Assembly (NCBI GenBank): GCA_035290865.1
Contig: DATDTM010000047.1
Span: forward strand, 14,127 to 78,126
Source of the DNA: Candidatus Nanoarchaeia archaeon
GTDB taxonomy: Archaea; Nanobdellota; Nanobdellia; Woesearchaeales; GW2011-AR9
DNA length: 64,000 nucleotides
Reading direction: 5' to 3'
Below the pieces are notes generated by a model. That model worked only from the letters and a program-made list of their open reading frames with translations. It was not told the origin of the DNA and searched no databases. This document shows positions 9,950-18,862 of this stretch, piece by piece. How positions within the stretch are numbered: position 1 is the stretch's first letter; each line of letters starts with the position of its first letter. The position numbers and the translations under genes were made by a program.

Positions 9950-10561
9950 ATGTCTTTTGCTTCCATCGCCTGGTCTGTATTAAGTTATATTTGGGATTTA
10001 ACCTATACCTGGCTCTATACTTTAGTCATCTCCTTTACCAGTTTAGAAACAGTCTGGATTATTGTTCCCATCTGGCTCAGCTGGTTCTTCGCTGAATTCT
10101 TTCAGGAAAAGCAGGGCACTTCTTTTGGTAACGCCATCAGTAATGGAGTAATCCCTTTCTGGGTAGGGATCGATTGGGTTCGACAAGTTACTGCCCAACT
10201 GATCAACGCCCAGATCAATCTAGGAGTTTTAACTATTGGAAAATATTTCTTATCTGCTCTAGTCATGGCCTATGGCCTAACCATAATTATTTTAGGGATC
10301 AAGAAAAAAGAAATCATCAAGTATCTGGGTCGGATCAGGGAAGTGACTTATGTTTTGGTGGTTTTCACTCCTTTTATTTACGGAGAGATCGAGCCTAGTT
10401 TTATTTATTTCCTCTCCGCACTTCTCTTCTTCCCTATCTTTTATGGAATTATCGAGATTATTGATAGACTAACTCCTGAACCAGTATCTCTAAAAGAAGA
10501 TGAAGAAGAAAGAAAATCTTCAGGTGGTTCAGATCAATTCTCTTTTGAGACCTTGAAGTAG
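9950..10561 (+). CDS. integral membrane protein, hypothetical
   Basis: Multiple hydrophobic helices; acidic C-terminal tail. Confidence 0.45.
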   Translation: MSFASIAWSVLSYIWDLTYTWLYTLVISFTSLETVWIIVPIWLSWFFAEFFQEKQGTSFGNAISNGVIPFWVGIDWVRQVTAQLINAQINLGVLTIGKYFLSALVMAYGLTIIILGIKKKEIIKYLGRIREVTYVLVVFTPFIYGEIEPSFIYFLSALLFFPIFYGIIEIIDRLTPEPVSLKEDEEERKSSGGSDQFSFETLK

Positions 10562-10668
10562 ATTTATGGAAGTAATTAATTGTTTAAATAGCACTTAATC
10601 ATCTAAACACTTTTTACCCCCATCCTTACCGCAACCTTAATATAAAACCTTTCATTTATCTTCTAATT

Positions 10669-10911
10669 ATGGCAAAAACTGAGATTAATAAAGAAACCAA
10701 TAAAGATGAGCAGGTTGGCTTTCATAAAGGTTCTTTAGCTACCTTAGCTAAAGAGAGGGAAGAATTATTGCGCATCATCCAGATTGTAGAGCAATTGATG
10801 CAGATGCACATTAAAGAGCTTAAAGGTTTAGGAGTAGATTTAGAGAAACAAGCTCAGGAAACTGCCAAGAAACTCAAGGGCAATAAGCCAATAGAAGATG
10901 TGCTGAAATAA
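10669..10911 (+). CDS. small coiled-coil protein, hypothetical
   Basis: 80-aa ORF with heptad-like charged pattern. Confidence 0.35.
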   Translation: MAKTEINKETNKDEQVGFHKGSLATLAKEREELLRIIQIVEQLMQMHIKELKGLGVDLEKQAQETAKKLKGNKPIEDVLK

Positions 10912-10984
10912 GTTTATTTTCTTTCTTCCGATAAAGAAATGACTGTTAGGAAAACTTATCCACGACTCTCAGAAGAATTAAATC

Positions 10985-11323
10985 TTATTTTCCCAATTCT
11001 TTTAATCTCGTATCAATGGTTTCCCTTTCTGCAGCGATTTGCGCTTCAGTTACAGTTATGACCTTACAAATTTCTGCGTTAGTTTTTCCCTGTTGGAATT
11101 CGAAATGTTCATCTAAGCTTTTATAAGTTCCATCTGGTTGTTGGAGGAAAGAATAAAGTTTATCGTTATTCTGTCTAACCACAATATCTAGTAAGTTATC
11201 CCCATTTAAATCTATATGATAAACAGTGTTCATAGTTGTATAATAATTAGTTAATCTTGCCCCACCATACATTCCAACAAGCGTTGCTCCGATAATTCCT
11301 AATATAATCTTAGATTTTGACAC
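10985..11323 (-). CDS. small membrane-anchored or secreted protein, hypothetical
   Basis: N-terminal hydrophobic helix ILGIIGATLVGMYGG. Confidence 0.4.
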   Translation of the reverse strand: MSKSKIILGIIGATLVGMYGGARLTNYYTTMNTVYHIDLNGDNLLDIVVRQNNDKLYSFLQQPDGTYKSLDEHFEFQQGKTNAEICKVITVTEAQIAAERETIDTRLKELGK

Positions 11324-11382
11324 TTTTCATTTTCCTCCCTAATCCTAATTTTAAATTTTAAAAAAAATAAAACTTTAAAAGC

Positions 11383-13071
11383 TTACCTAAACAGCACTGC
11401 CAACAGGAACAAGACTACTGCCAGCAAGACCACAATCCCTGCGATTAACAAAGCAGTATATCTCACCTGAGACCAGTTGATCTCTTTAACTGCTGGTTCA
11501 ACAGTAGCTGCGCCGGTAACTCCGGAAAGATCAGTATAAGTAGTAACTTCTACTGCATCCCCTTTAGGTTCAGCAGTAGTTGGAACTACATAATCTGCAG
11601 TTGAGCCTTCAGTCTCATCAGTTGTTCCGTTCAGAGCATCATTGATCTTCTCTTTCAGAGCAGTAATATCATCCTCTAACTCATCAAGATCATCAAGCAC
11701 GTTTTCGTTCTTGTCTTCATCATCTTCTAAGTCATCAGTAAGATCATTGACATCATCTTCTACATCGTCTAAGTTGTCGTCAAGTTCTTTCAATTTCTTT
11801 TCATACTTTTTGATATCGCTTTTATCTTCTTCTTTTACAGCTTTTTCGTATTTCTTATTGTAATATGAAAAGTCATCTTCATAGCCGTCGAACTTGTCTT
11901 TCAAAGCTTCATAATCAGTCTTGGCAGTATTAGTTGGAGTAGGGGGTGGAATGGTAGTTCCATTATCGCAAACATCTCCTAATTTATCTCCGTCAGTATC
12001 TTTCTGATCAACATTAGCATTATCTGGGCAGTTATCTAAACCATCAGCAATTCCATCTTTGTCTTTATCCGCAAGAGGCGGTTGGCTAGCAACAGCAGTT
12101 AAGGTAAAAGTAGCTGAATGTATTCCCCCAGCATAAGCTTGGTAAAGAATATCTTTAACTTTAATTTTAGCCTTAGCATCAGCGAAAGTTTCTTCAGCAT
12201 TAATCTTCAGTTTAGCAGTATCTGCACCATTAACTTTAAACTTAGCTTCATCTTCATCCACAAAGGTCAGTTGAATTTTATATTCAACACTGTTGAAAGC
12301 ATAACATTTCTCTTCTCCTTCTTGTAAGATTAAAGAATCTTTATCAGTTATACTCTCGCAAGTAGGCGGAACTGGAGGTGGTACATCTCCAGCAGCTACA
12401 ACCACAGTAAAGTATTCAGTAGCAGAACTTGCTCCTTGAGCATCAGTAGCTCTTAAGCCGAATTCATGACTGCCTTCTTGACCCACAACTGGAGTCCAAG
12501 AAAATTTATATTGATTATTAATTACTTTAGTGATAGCTACTCCTTCAGGCAATTTACCGGCATTAATCAAGGAAACGATTTGATCTCCTTCCGCATCTTT
12601 TACTGCAATAGTAAATTCTAAAGTTTCACCAACCTTTGCTTGTTTATCTGCAATTGGAGAGATTACTGGTGCCTGATTGACTGGAGGCGGTACATCCCCT
12701 GCAGCTACAGTTACAGTAAAGTATTCAGTAGCAGAGCTTGCTCCTTGAGCATCAGTGGCTCTTAAGCCGAATTCAGAACTACCTTCCTGACCTGCAACTG
12801 GAGTCCAAGAAAATTTATATTGATTGTTAGTTACTTTAGTGATAGCTACTCCTTGAGGCGATTTGCCTGCATTAACTAAAGAAACAATTTGATCTCCTTC
12901 TGGATCTTTAACCACGATAGTAAATTCTAAAGTTTCACCAACTTTAACTGCTTTATCGCTTACTGCTCCGATTATAGGAGCCAGATTAGCTGCACTTACT
13001 GCCGGCAGGATTAAGCCAACTAGCAAGAACCCTAATACAAATAGATTCAATACTTTATTTTTTAAACTCAT
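11383..13071 (-). CDS. cell-surface protein with two tandem Ig-like domains, thrombospondin type-3 Ca-binding repeats, acidic coiled-coil stalk and C-terminal TM anchor
   Basis: Signal peptide; duplicated ~103-aa module PIIGAVSDKAVKVGETLEFTI...FGLRATDAQGASSATEYFTVTVAAGDVPPP; DKDKDGIADGLDNCPDNANVDQKDTDGDKLGDVCD; D/E/K-rich coiled-coil region; C-terminal VRYTALLIAGIVVLLAVVLFLLAVLFR. Confidence 0.7.
   Translation of the reverse strand: MSLKNKVLNLFVLGFLLVGLILPAVSAANLAPIIGAVSDKAVKVGETLEFTIVVKDPEGDQIVSLVNAGKSPQGVAITKVTNNQYKFSWTPVAGQEGSSEFGLRATDAQGASSATEYFTVTVAAGDVPPPVNQAPVISPIADKQAKVGETLEFTIAVKDAEGDQIVSLINAGKLPEGVAITKVINNQYKFSWTPVVGQEGSHEFGLRATDAQGASSATEYFTVVVAAGDVPPPVPPTCESITDKDSLILQEGEEKCYAFNSVEYKIQLTFVDEDEAKFKVNGADTAKLKINAEETFADAKAKIKVKDILYQAYAGGIHSATFTLTAVASQPPLADKDKDGIADGLDNCPDNANVDQKDTDGDKLGDVCDNGTTIPPPTPTNTAKTDYEALKDKFDGYEDDFSYYNKKYEKAVKEEDKSDIKKYEKKLKELDDNLDDVEDDVNDLTDDLEDDEDKNENVLDDLDELEDDITALKEKINDALNGTTDETEGSTADYVVPTTAEPKGDAVEVTTYTDLSGVTGAATVEPAVKEINWSQVRYTALLIAGIVVLLAVVLFLLAVLFR
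12374..12992. repeat. tandem direct repeat of two 309-bp units (~90% identical) encoding the duplicated Ig-like domain
   Basis: ggagg[t/c]ggtacatc...gtaaagtattcagtagcaga at 12374 repeats at 12683; period 309 bp = 103 codons. Confidence 0.75.
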
Positions 13072-13182
13072 TTTTTATACCTCATATTTATTATGATATT
13101 ATTAGTTCTTTTTACTCTAGAATGACAACAGATTTATAAATCTTTTGGTTAATTTTTACTAATGGGTAGTGATTTAAACAGT

Positions 13183-13659
13183 TTAAACTATAACCTCTCC
13201 CCGATGGATCTTAGGCAAAAAGTTAAGAATCTTGCCCTCTTTATATCTGGCACAGCCCAAGATATCTTTCTTATAAGCTAACAGCACAAACCTATTCACC
13301 CCTCCCAGCTCTTTCTCTAGATCCTGGCCCAGGAAATAGTCTTTCACTTCTGTCTCAGATAATTCGACAATATTTTTAACCGGTAATTTCTTTTTCCGCG
13401 CCTCTAGAACTAGCCTTTGCGCTCCTTCTCGGCTTAATCTTAATACTCCCTCGTTCCTCTCCGCAACATAAAGCCCTAATTTATCTATCCGCAGCTTAGC
13501 TAGGTCTATCTTACCTAAATCCCGATTGATCATGAATAGCTTGTTCTTCTCATTCTGAAGAAAGGCATAATCTCCTTCAAAGAAAACCCCGAAATGTTCC
13601 AGAAGCTGCTCTTTAATCAACTTAATTTCTTTGGAATTAAGGATGGTTAATTTTTGCAT
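13183..13659 (-). CDS. hypothetical protein, possibly a Nip7/PUA-like RNA-binding protein
   Basis: 158-aa ORF; size and C-terminal segment weakly resemble a PUA domain; unverified. Confidence 0.35.
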   Translation of the reverse strand: MQKLTILNSKEIKLIKEQLLEHFGVFFEGDYAFLQNEKNKLFMINRDLGKIDLAKLRIDKLGLYVAERNEGVLRLSREGAQRLVLEARKKKLPVKNIVELSETEVKDYFLGQDLEKELGGVNRFVLLAYKKDILGCARYKEGKILNFLPKIHRGEVIV

Positions 13660-13673
13660 GGATTGGTCTAAAC

Positions 13674-13910
13674 TTATTTTATTTGCTCTAATTTGATGAT
13701 CTGTACCGGACAGGCTTCTGCAGCTTCTTGATTCCGGGAGCGGTCATCTTCGGTAAAGATAATTCTCTCCCAATGATCGCCGGTTTTCTGGCTTTCTTTC
13801 AGCTGGGCTAAGCCCTCTTCGTCCATCTCCCAGAATTCCGGGCAGATGGCTGCACAGGCTCCGCAGCTGATGCATTGCTCTTTTAAATGGATAATCTTGA
13901 ATTTTGGCAT
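13674..13910 (-). CDS. 4Fe-4S single-cluster ferredoxin
   Basis: CISCGACAAICP with a distal AEACP cysteine; 78 aa. Confidence 0.7.
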   Translation of the reverse strand: MPKFKIIHLKEQCISCGACAAICPEFWEMDEEGLAQLKESQKTGDHWERIIFTEDDRSRNQEAAEACPVQIIKLEQIK

Positions 13911-14055
13911 TTTCTATAATCCTCCGGAATTAAAATAACCTTTCAGAACCTCCAAAAATGGATGATTATTTATAATGGTTTTCTTTTGGTTTTGGGAATG
14001 ACCCCTCTAGCTAAGGTACGCAATAATTATAAGTTTCAATAGATTTAGTTGTATT

Positions 14056-14577
14056 ATGATTCAAGAATACACCCAATCTACTTTTGAAAGTTGTTTAGCA
14101 GTGGACTTATTAAATCTGACTGAAACAAAAATATCACCAAAGAAAGAGCGTAAAGTTCTCGATTATGCGCTGGATTATAGCAAATATCATTTTACACTGG
14201 GGCATTTAGATTTTGTAGCTACTGAATTTAAGGTTGGGTTGGATTATTATATAGATAATAAACTATTTTTCAATTTCACTAAACAATTCCGATTTTCAGG
14301 CAAAATCAATTTGTTCCAAGAAAAAATAGATTTGAGACTGATAGATAAACTGATCAAAACCTCGCCAGTAATAGTTTACCTGGATGCTTTCGTAATCTGG
14401 AAAATAACCCATGCCCCCCATTTTATCATTGTTATCGAAAATTCTAGAAAAGGTTATAAGATTTATGATCCCTGGGATGGAAAGATAAGACTGATCAATT
14501 CTACAGTTTTATCTAAAGCGATAATCAGTTTAAGAAATCTGCTTAAATATTGTCCCCAGCTTATTCAGAAAAAATAG
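14056..14577 (+). CDS. hypothetical protein
   Basis: ORF only. Confidence 0.4.
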   Translation: MIQEYTQSTFESCLAVDLLNLTETKISPKKERKVLDYALDYSKYHFTLGHLDFVATEFKVGLDYYIDNKLFFNFTKQFRFSGKINLFQEKIDLRLIDKLIKTSPVIVYLDAFVIWKITHAPHFIIVIENSRKGYKIYDPWDGKIRLINSTVLSKAIISLRNLLKYCPQLIQKK

Positions 14578-14634
14578 TTTAGCTCCGCCGTCCCACCAAA
14601 AAGCTTGTAATATTCCTAGTTTCTACTTATTAAC

Positions 14635-14874
14635 ATGACTACTACTACTATAAAAGTATCGGATGAAATTGCACCTAAAATTAGGCTGATAGTAAATGAA
14701 CTGGACTTCAAGAATCAAGAAGAGTTTTTTCAGGAAGCCATCCGAGATAAAGTTATTGAATTAAATAAAAAGATATTCTTTAGTGGCTCAGAAGTAATTG
14801 CCAACCGACCTCAGAAGAAGGGAATTAGTGCAAAAGACATACTTTCTGATTTTGGAGAAAAAAGACATAAATGA
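14635..14874 (+). CDS. putative antitoxin (VapB-like) partnered with the downstream PIN gene
   Basis: 79-aa ORF whose stop overlaps (ATGA) the start of a PIN-domain ORF; this is the typical VapBC arrangement. Confidence 0.4.
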   Translation: MTTTTIKVSDEIAPKIRLIVNELDFKNQEEFFQEAIRDKVIELNKKIFFSGSEVIANRPQKKGISAKDILSDFGEKRHK

Positions 14875-15260
14875 AGATATCGATTGTCGTTGATGCAAAT
14901 CCTATCATTTCCGCATTAATTAGTGGATTTGCACGGGAAGTCTTATTCGATCACAATTTTTAGTTTATAACTACTGAATTTACCCTAAAAGAAGTGGAAA
15001 AATATCTGCCCTACATTGCAGGAAAAGCCGAACTTCCAGTTAGCTACATTAAATCGCTGTTAGCGAAGATTCCTTTGACCATAGTTAACGAAAAGGTTTA
15101 TGAAGATGAGATTCCAAAAGCAAAATTGTTAATTAAAGATCGTTGTGATATAGATATTCTGGCGTTAGCGCTCTCTAAGAAGTGCCCTTTATGGAGTGAG
15201 GATAAGCATTTTAAGGGAATTACAGAAATTGTTCTAATGAAGACTAAAGATTTTGTTTAA
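14871..15260 (+). pseudogene. PIN-domain (VapC-like) toxin gene interrupted by an in-frame TAG at 14961-14963
   Basis: MKISIVVDANPIISALISGFAREVLFDHNF (30 codons) then TAG; the same frame continues FITTEFTLKEVEKYLPYIAG...DIDILALA to 15260. The N-terminal IVVDANP and later acidic residues are PIN hallmarks. Confidence 0.55.
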
Positions 15261-15351
15261 ACTTCTTTTACTAACGGGGGGGTGGGGTAACGCAAGTTTA
15301 AAAATAATTCTTACTTCTTTCAATTAAATATAAATTTAGAGGTGTTTAAAG

Positions 15352-15978
15352 ATGAAAAAACTAATAGTTTTGTTAAGTTTGCTGGTGATAGCTTTGTTTG
15401 TAGTAAGTTGTGCACCTAAAGAAGCAGGAGAAGAGAGTGCTGAAGAAGGGGCTTTGGCTGGTCAGGCAATAAAACTTACTCCGATTATCAAACCAAAATG
15501 TTCTGATTTAATTAGTCCTGCCGGTTCTTTTGTATTGAATTTAGAGTACGGAAAAGAACAAATGATGGGAAGTCCGCAGACAATATTAGATGAGTTAAAT
15601 GAAAATGCAGAATCATTTAATAATGCTTGTGGCGGGGCTTATTATTTGCGTTCTTGTTCAAGTTTAGAGAATTTAGCTGCAAAATACTTGAACGGAGAAG
15701 GGAAGAAAGGAATGCCAATAGTAGTGGTAAATATTATCCACTTAACCGAAAATGATAAAAGTGCAGTATCCAACTTGTTGGTAGAACTGGGTTATGAAAA
15801 ATGGGAATACTCTTTTTTTGAAGGATATGATAAAAATAAGCCAGTGTGGCGGTGGAATCAAGGTCTGAAGAATGCTTGGTTCAGCGGAGATATTTTCATA
15901 GACATTATTGGCCCTTTAGCTCTAGTAGATTATTCTTTAGTCAAATCTTACTACGACAAATATCCACCGACCGAGTAA
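15352..15978 (+). CDS. secreted protein with lipobox-like signal peptide (VVSC)
   Basis: MKKLIVLLSLLVIALFVVSCAP: signal peptide ending in [LVI][ASTVI][GAS]C. Confidence 0.5.
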   Translation: MKKLIVLLSLLVIALFVVSCAPKEAGEESAEEGALAGQAIKLTPIIKPKCSDLISPAGSFVLNLEYGKEQMMGSPQTILDELNENAESFNNACGGAYYLRSCSSLENLAAKYLNGEGKKGMPIVVVNIIHLTENDKSAVSNLLVELGYEKWEYSFFEGYDKNKPVWRWNQGLKNAWFSGDIFIDIIGPLALVDYSLVKSYYDKYPPTE

Positions 15979-16063
15979 AAGTAAAACTTTTCTTTTTTTC
16001 TTCTTTTCTTAGTTCAAACCCACCAAAAAGCTTATATAACTTAATTCTTTTGTTAAATAACCA

Positions 16064-17053
16064 ATGAAAAAGAGTGTGAATAACTTAAAAGAGAGTAAGT
16101 TCAACTCCAGATTAATAATTCTAACTTTAATCATTATCTCTCTTCTGCTCTTAACTTCTTGCGGCCAGAGAGTTCCCGGCGGAGAAGAACCTATTGATAC
16201 CGCTACTGCCCTAAAGATGGTCCAGACTGGAACTCAGGGGATAGAATTATATCTTCTCCCAAACCAACCTCCCGCCTACATCTATGATCAAAACGAATTA
16301 GTGGCTTTAGTCGAGGTAAGAAATCGAGGCAATTACGACCTAGACCCAGAATACTGTTTTGTCCAAGTTACCGGCTTTGATACTAATATCATTAAAGGAG
16401 GATTAGATATTCCTAAATCTTGTGCAGAAAATATTGGCACTTTACAGGGAAAGAATGTTTATAATGTAGAAGGAAGTACTAATCTATTGGAATTCCGTTC
16501 TCCCAGCGTTACCTTACCTTTAAACGTTTTCGATTATAATCCTACTTTAAATTTCGTGGCTTGTTATAATTATCATACTAAAGCTAATCCTCAGGTCTGT
16601 GTGGATCCTTTATTCTATCAAGTTACTGCTGAACAAAAAACTTGTATTCCCCAAAACGTGGGCATGGCCGGCGGCCAGGGCGCACCGGTAGGAGTAAGTT
16701 ATGTGGGAGTAGACATGATCGGAGATGCAGCTGTTTTTGAGATTAATGTGGTCAATTATGGTCAGGGCAGAGTGCTTAGTCCCTATTCCGATATCCAAAA
16801 CTGCGGAAAAGCCTCTTTAGAATATACTGATTTAGATAAGGTTGGATTTAATGTCCAATTATCCGGCGGAAACTTGATTGATTGCAAACCCATGGACAAA
16901 TTCGTGCGCTTGACTAATAATAATGGCAAGATCATCTGTAGGTTTAGCATCCCAGTAACCTCCGCTTTTGAAACTCCTTTGATGATAGATTTGGATTATA
17001 ATTATATAGAATCTACCCAGAAACAGATCCAAATAGTTAAGACTCCCCAGTAA
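16064..17053 (+). CDS. secreted lipoprotein-like protein, paralog family 1
   Basis: LLLLTSCGQ lipobox; after the signal peptide, similar to the 17961 and 45525 products (GIELYLLPNQPPAYIYDQNELVALVEVRNRGNYDL vs GLQLSFLENAPPEKMYPNSEFKLIVKLDNQAAYDL). Confidence 0.55.
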   Translation: MKKSVNNLKESKFNSRLIILTLIIISLLLLTSCGQRVPGGEEPIDTATALKMVQTGTQGIELYLLPNQPPAYIYDQNELVALVEVRNRGNYDLDPEYCFVQVTGFDTNIIKGGLDIPKSCAENIGTLQGKNVYNVEGSTNLLEFRSPSVTLPLNVFDYNPTLNFVACYNYHTKANPQVCVDPLFYQVTAEQKTCIPQNVGMAGGQGAPVGVSYVGVDMIGDAAVFEINVVNYGQGRVLSPYSDIQNCGKASLEYTDLDKVGFNVQLSGGNLIDCKPMDKFVRLTNNNGKIICRFSIPVTSAFETPLMIDLDYNYIESTQKQIQIVKTPQ

Positions 17054-17144
17054 AACTAAATTCGCCAGGCTGTAAATCTTTGCCCAAAAGTAATCACTAA
17101 AAAAGCGAAATTCTTATAACTAACTACTTAAAATTAGTTCCTAA

Positions 17145-17774
17145 ATGGTTCAGGCCTTAGAATGGAAAGTAGAATCTCCGCACGAGAGAGCTCAACACCA
17201 TCTTAGAAGAGGTATAGCCTGTCATCCTGCACTCCAAAAAAGATATTCCTGTGAATTAGGAGAAGGCAAGACAGTATTTTATGATCTTTGGGATAATGGA
17301 TTGGGAGATAGAATAACAGCCTATGCCCGCTCTATTCCAGATCAAGACCCATTACAATTAAAGACCAGAGACCAATCACAATTAATTACTTATATGGCTT
17401 ATGGCAGGCTTGCTCCGGGAATGATTCATGATAATCAGCCGCCTTTCTCGCATCGCCAGCCTCAAGAGAAAGATGATCGAGCCGAACTGCTTTCTTTTAT
17501 TGCAGAAGAGATGGAAGGACTACTTTCGGTTTATGAAAGCGCATCTGAAAGTCATAGCGTAGAACCAAAACCAGGAATTGCTGCTAAATTAAAAGTTTAT
17601 GCTTCCCTAGTAGATCCCAGAGAGATTGCTACTCTTAAAGAAATTGTCCGCAGAAGTGAACATTTCCACGCGGGTCGTTTCACTGATGAAGATCGCAGAC
17701 TATTTTGGGGCTATGATAATCGCTGGGAATGGAATCAGGTGCCTTTAACTTTTCCGGAAGTGAATCTTCGCTAA
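17145..17774 (+). CDS. hypothetical cytoplasmic protein of atypical composition
   Basis: His/Arg/Pro/Trp-rich ORF that looks GC-richer than its neighbours; sits between two lipoprotein paralogs. Confidence 0.4.
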   Translation: MVQALEWKVESPHERAQHHLRRGIACHPALQKRYSCELGEGKTVFYDLWDNGLGDRITAYARSIPDQDPLQLKTRDQSQLITYMAYGRLAPGMIHDNQPPFSHRQPQEKDDRAELLSFIAEEMEGLLSVYESASESHSVEPKPGIAAKLKVYASLVDPREIATLKEIVRRSEHFHAGRFTDEDRRLFWGYDNRWEWNQVPLTFPEVNLR

Positions 17775-17960
17775 GATTATCTTATCTATTTCCGTACCAG
17801 TAATTCCTCCCCTTTTTGAACTATACCCCAGTAAACTTTAAATATTCCTCTTCTTTCTCTAGATTAAGTTAAGTCTAAATAAAGAAATATTAATATACTC
17901 CTAATCTTTATTTACTTAAAATAATCGATTTAAACAATCTAAAAGAAGAGGTAGATAAAA

Positions 17961-18860
17961 ATGAAACAAATAATTTTTCTAGTAATATTACTTGCCGGTT
18001 TGCTCTTGCTTACTGCCTGTGAAGGACAGAAACAACCAACAGGCAAAGGTGCTTATATTGGCGGAACCCAGGGCGTGCTGGCTAATTTCGAACCTTTTGG
18101 AGTAGAAGAAGCCGGAGTGTATAGTTTATTTGATACCGAAACCTTCCCTTTAGAAGTGACTGTGACTAATAAAGGAGAATACGAATTAAAAGCTGGAGAT
18201 GTTACTGTAAAACTAATGGGCCCATCTAAAGAAGAGATGAGCGGAATCTCTTCTTGGGATTTAAAAAATACCGGATCCATCGAACCCATCTCAGACTTAT
18301 TAGTTAATGGTGGAGAAGAGACCATCTCTTTCGCCAGCGATGCTAAATATACTAAACCCGTAGAAGGCATCTTAACCAGAGAATGGTTTGCTAATGTCGA
18401 ATATAAATACCAAACTTACCTTATTATTCCTGAAGTTTGCTTGAAAGAAGACTTAAAAGATACCCGAGTCTGTACTGTTGAAGAATCTAAATCTTACTTT
18501 GTTTCCGGAGCTCCCCTTACTGTTACCAGTGTAGAAGAAAGTACTGCTGGTAAGGGCATCATGGCCTTAAAGATTAAAATCAAGAATGTTGCGGGAGGAA
18601 AAGCCACTAAGATCGGAGAAGAGTTTGGGATCCAGGAAAAATTAGCCTATACCATTGACGATGCTGCCTGGGAATGTAAACAAGGTGGTTCAATTAATGC
18701 CGCTAAACTGATTCTTGGAGAAGCAGAGATTGTCTGTAAATTAAAAGAAGCTCTGGCTGAAAAGACTTTGTCTACTAAGCAAGTAAAGTTAACCTTTGAT
18801 TATGCCTATAGAGATTTGATCCAAGAAAAGTTAAACATCAAAGAAAGCGCGAAAGATTAG
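17961..18860 (+). CDS. secreted lipoprotein-like protein, paralog family 1
   Basis: LLLTACEGQ lipobox; similar to the 16064 and 45525 products. Confidence 0.55.
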   Translation: MKQIIFLVILLAGLLLLTACEGQKQPTGKGAYIGGTQGVLANFEPFGVEEAGVYSLFDTETFPLEVTVTNKGEYELKAGDVTVKLMGPSKEEMSGISSWDLKNTGSIEPISDLLVNGGEETISFASDAKYTKPVEGILTREWFANVEYKYQTYLIIPEVCLKEDLKDTRVCTVEESKSYFVSGAPLTVTSVEESTAGKGIMALKIKIKNVAGGKATKIGEEFGIQEKLAYTIDDAAWECKQGGSINAAKLILGEAEIVCKLKEALAEKTLSTKQVKLTFDYAYRDLIQEKLNIKESAKD

Positions 18861-18862
18861 GG

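Noticed and set aside
14961-14963. In-frame TAG in the PIN gene as evidence for an alternative genetic code (amber reassignment or pyrrolysine)
   Set aside because: TAG terminates other well-delimited genes (10559-10561, 18858-18860) at sensible C-termini. No other conserved gene needs TAG readthrough. A pseudogene or sequencing error is more parsimonious.
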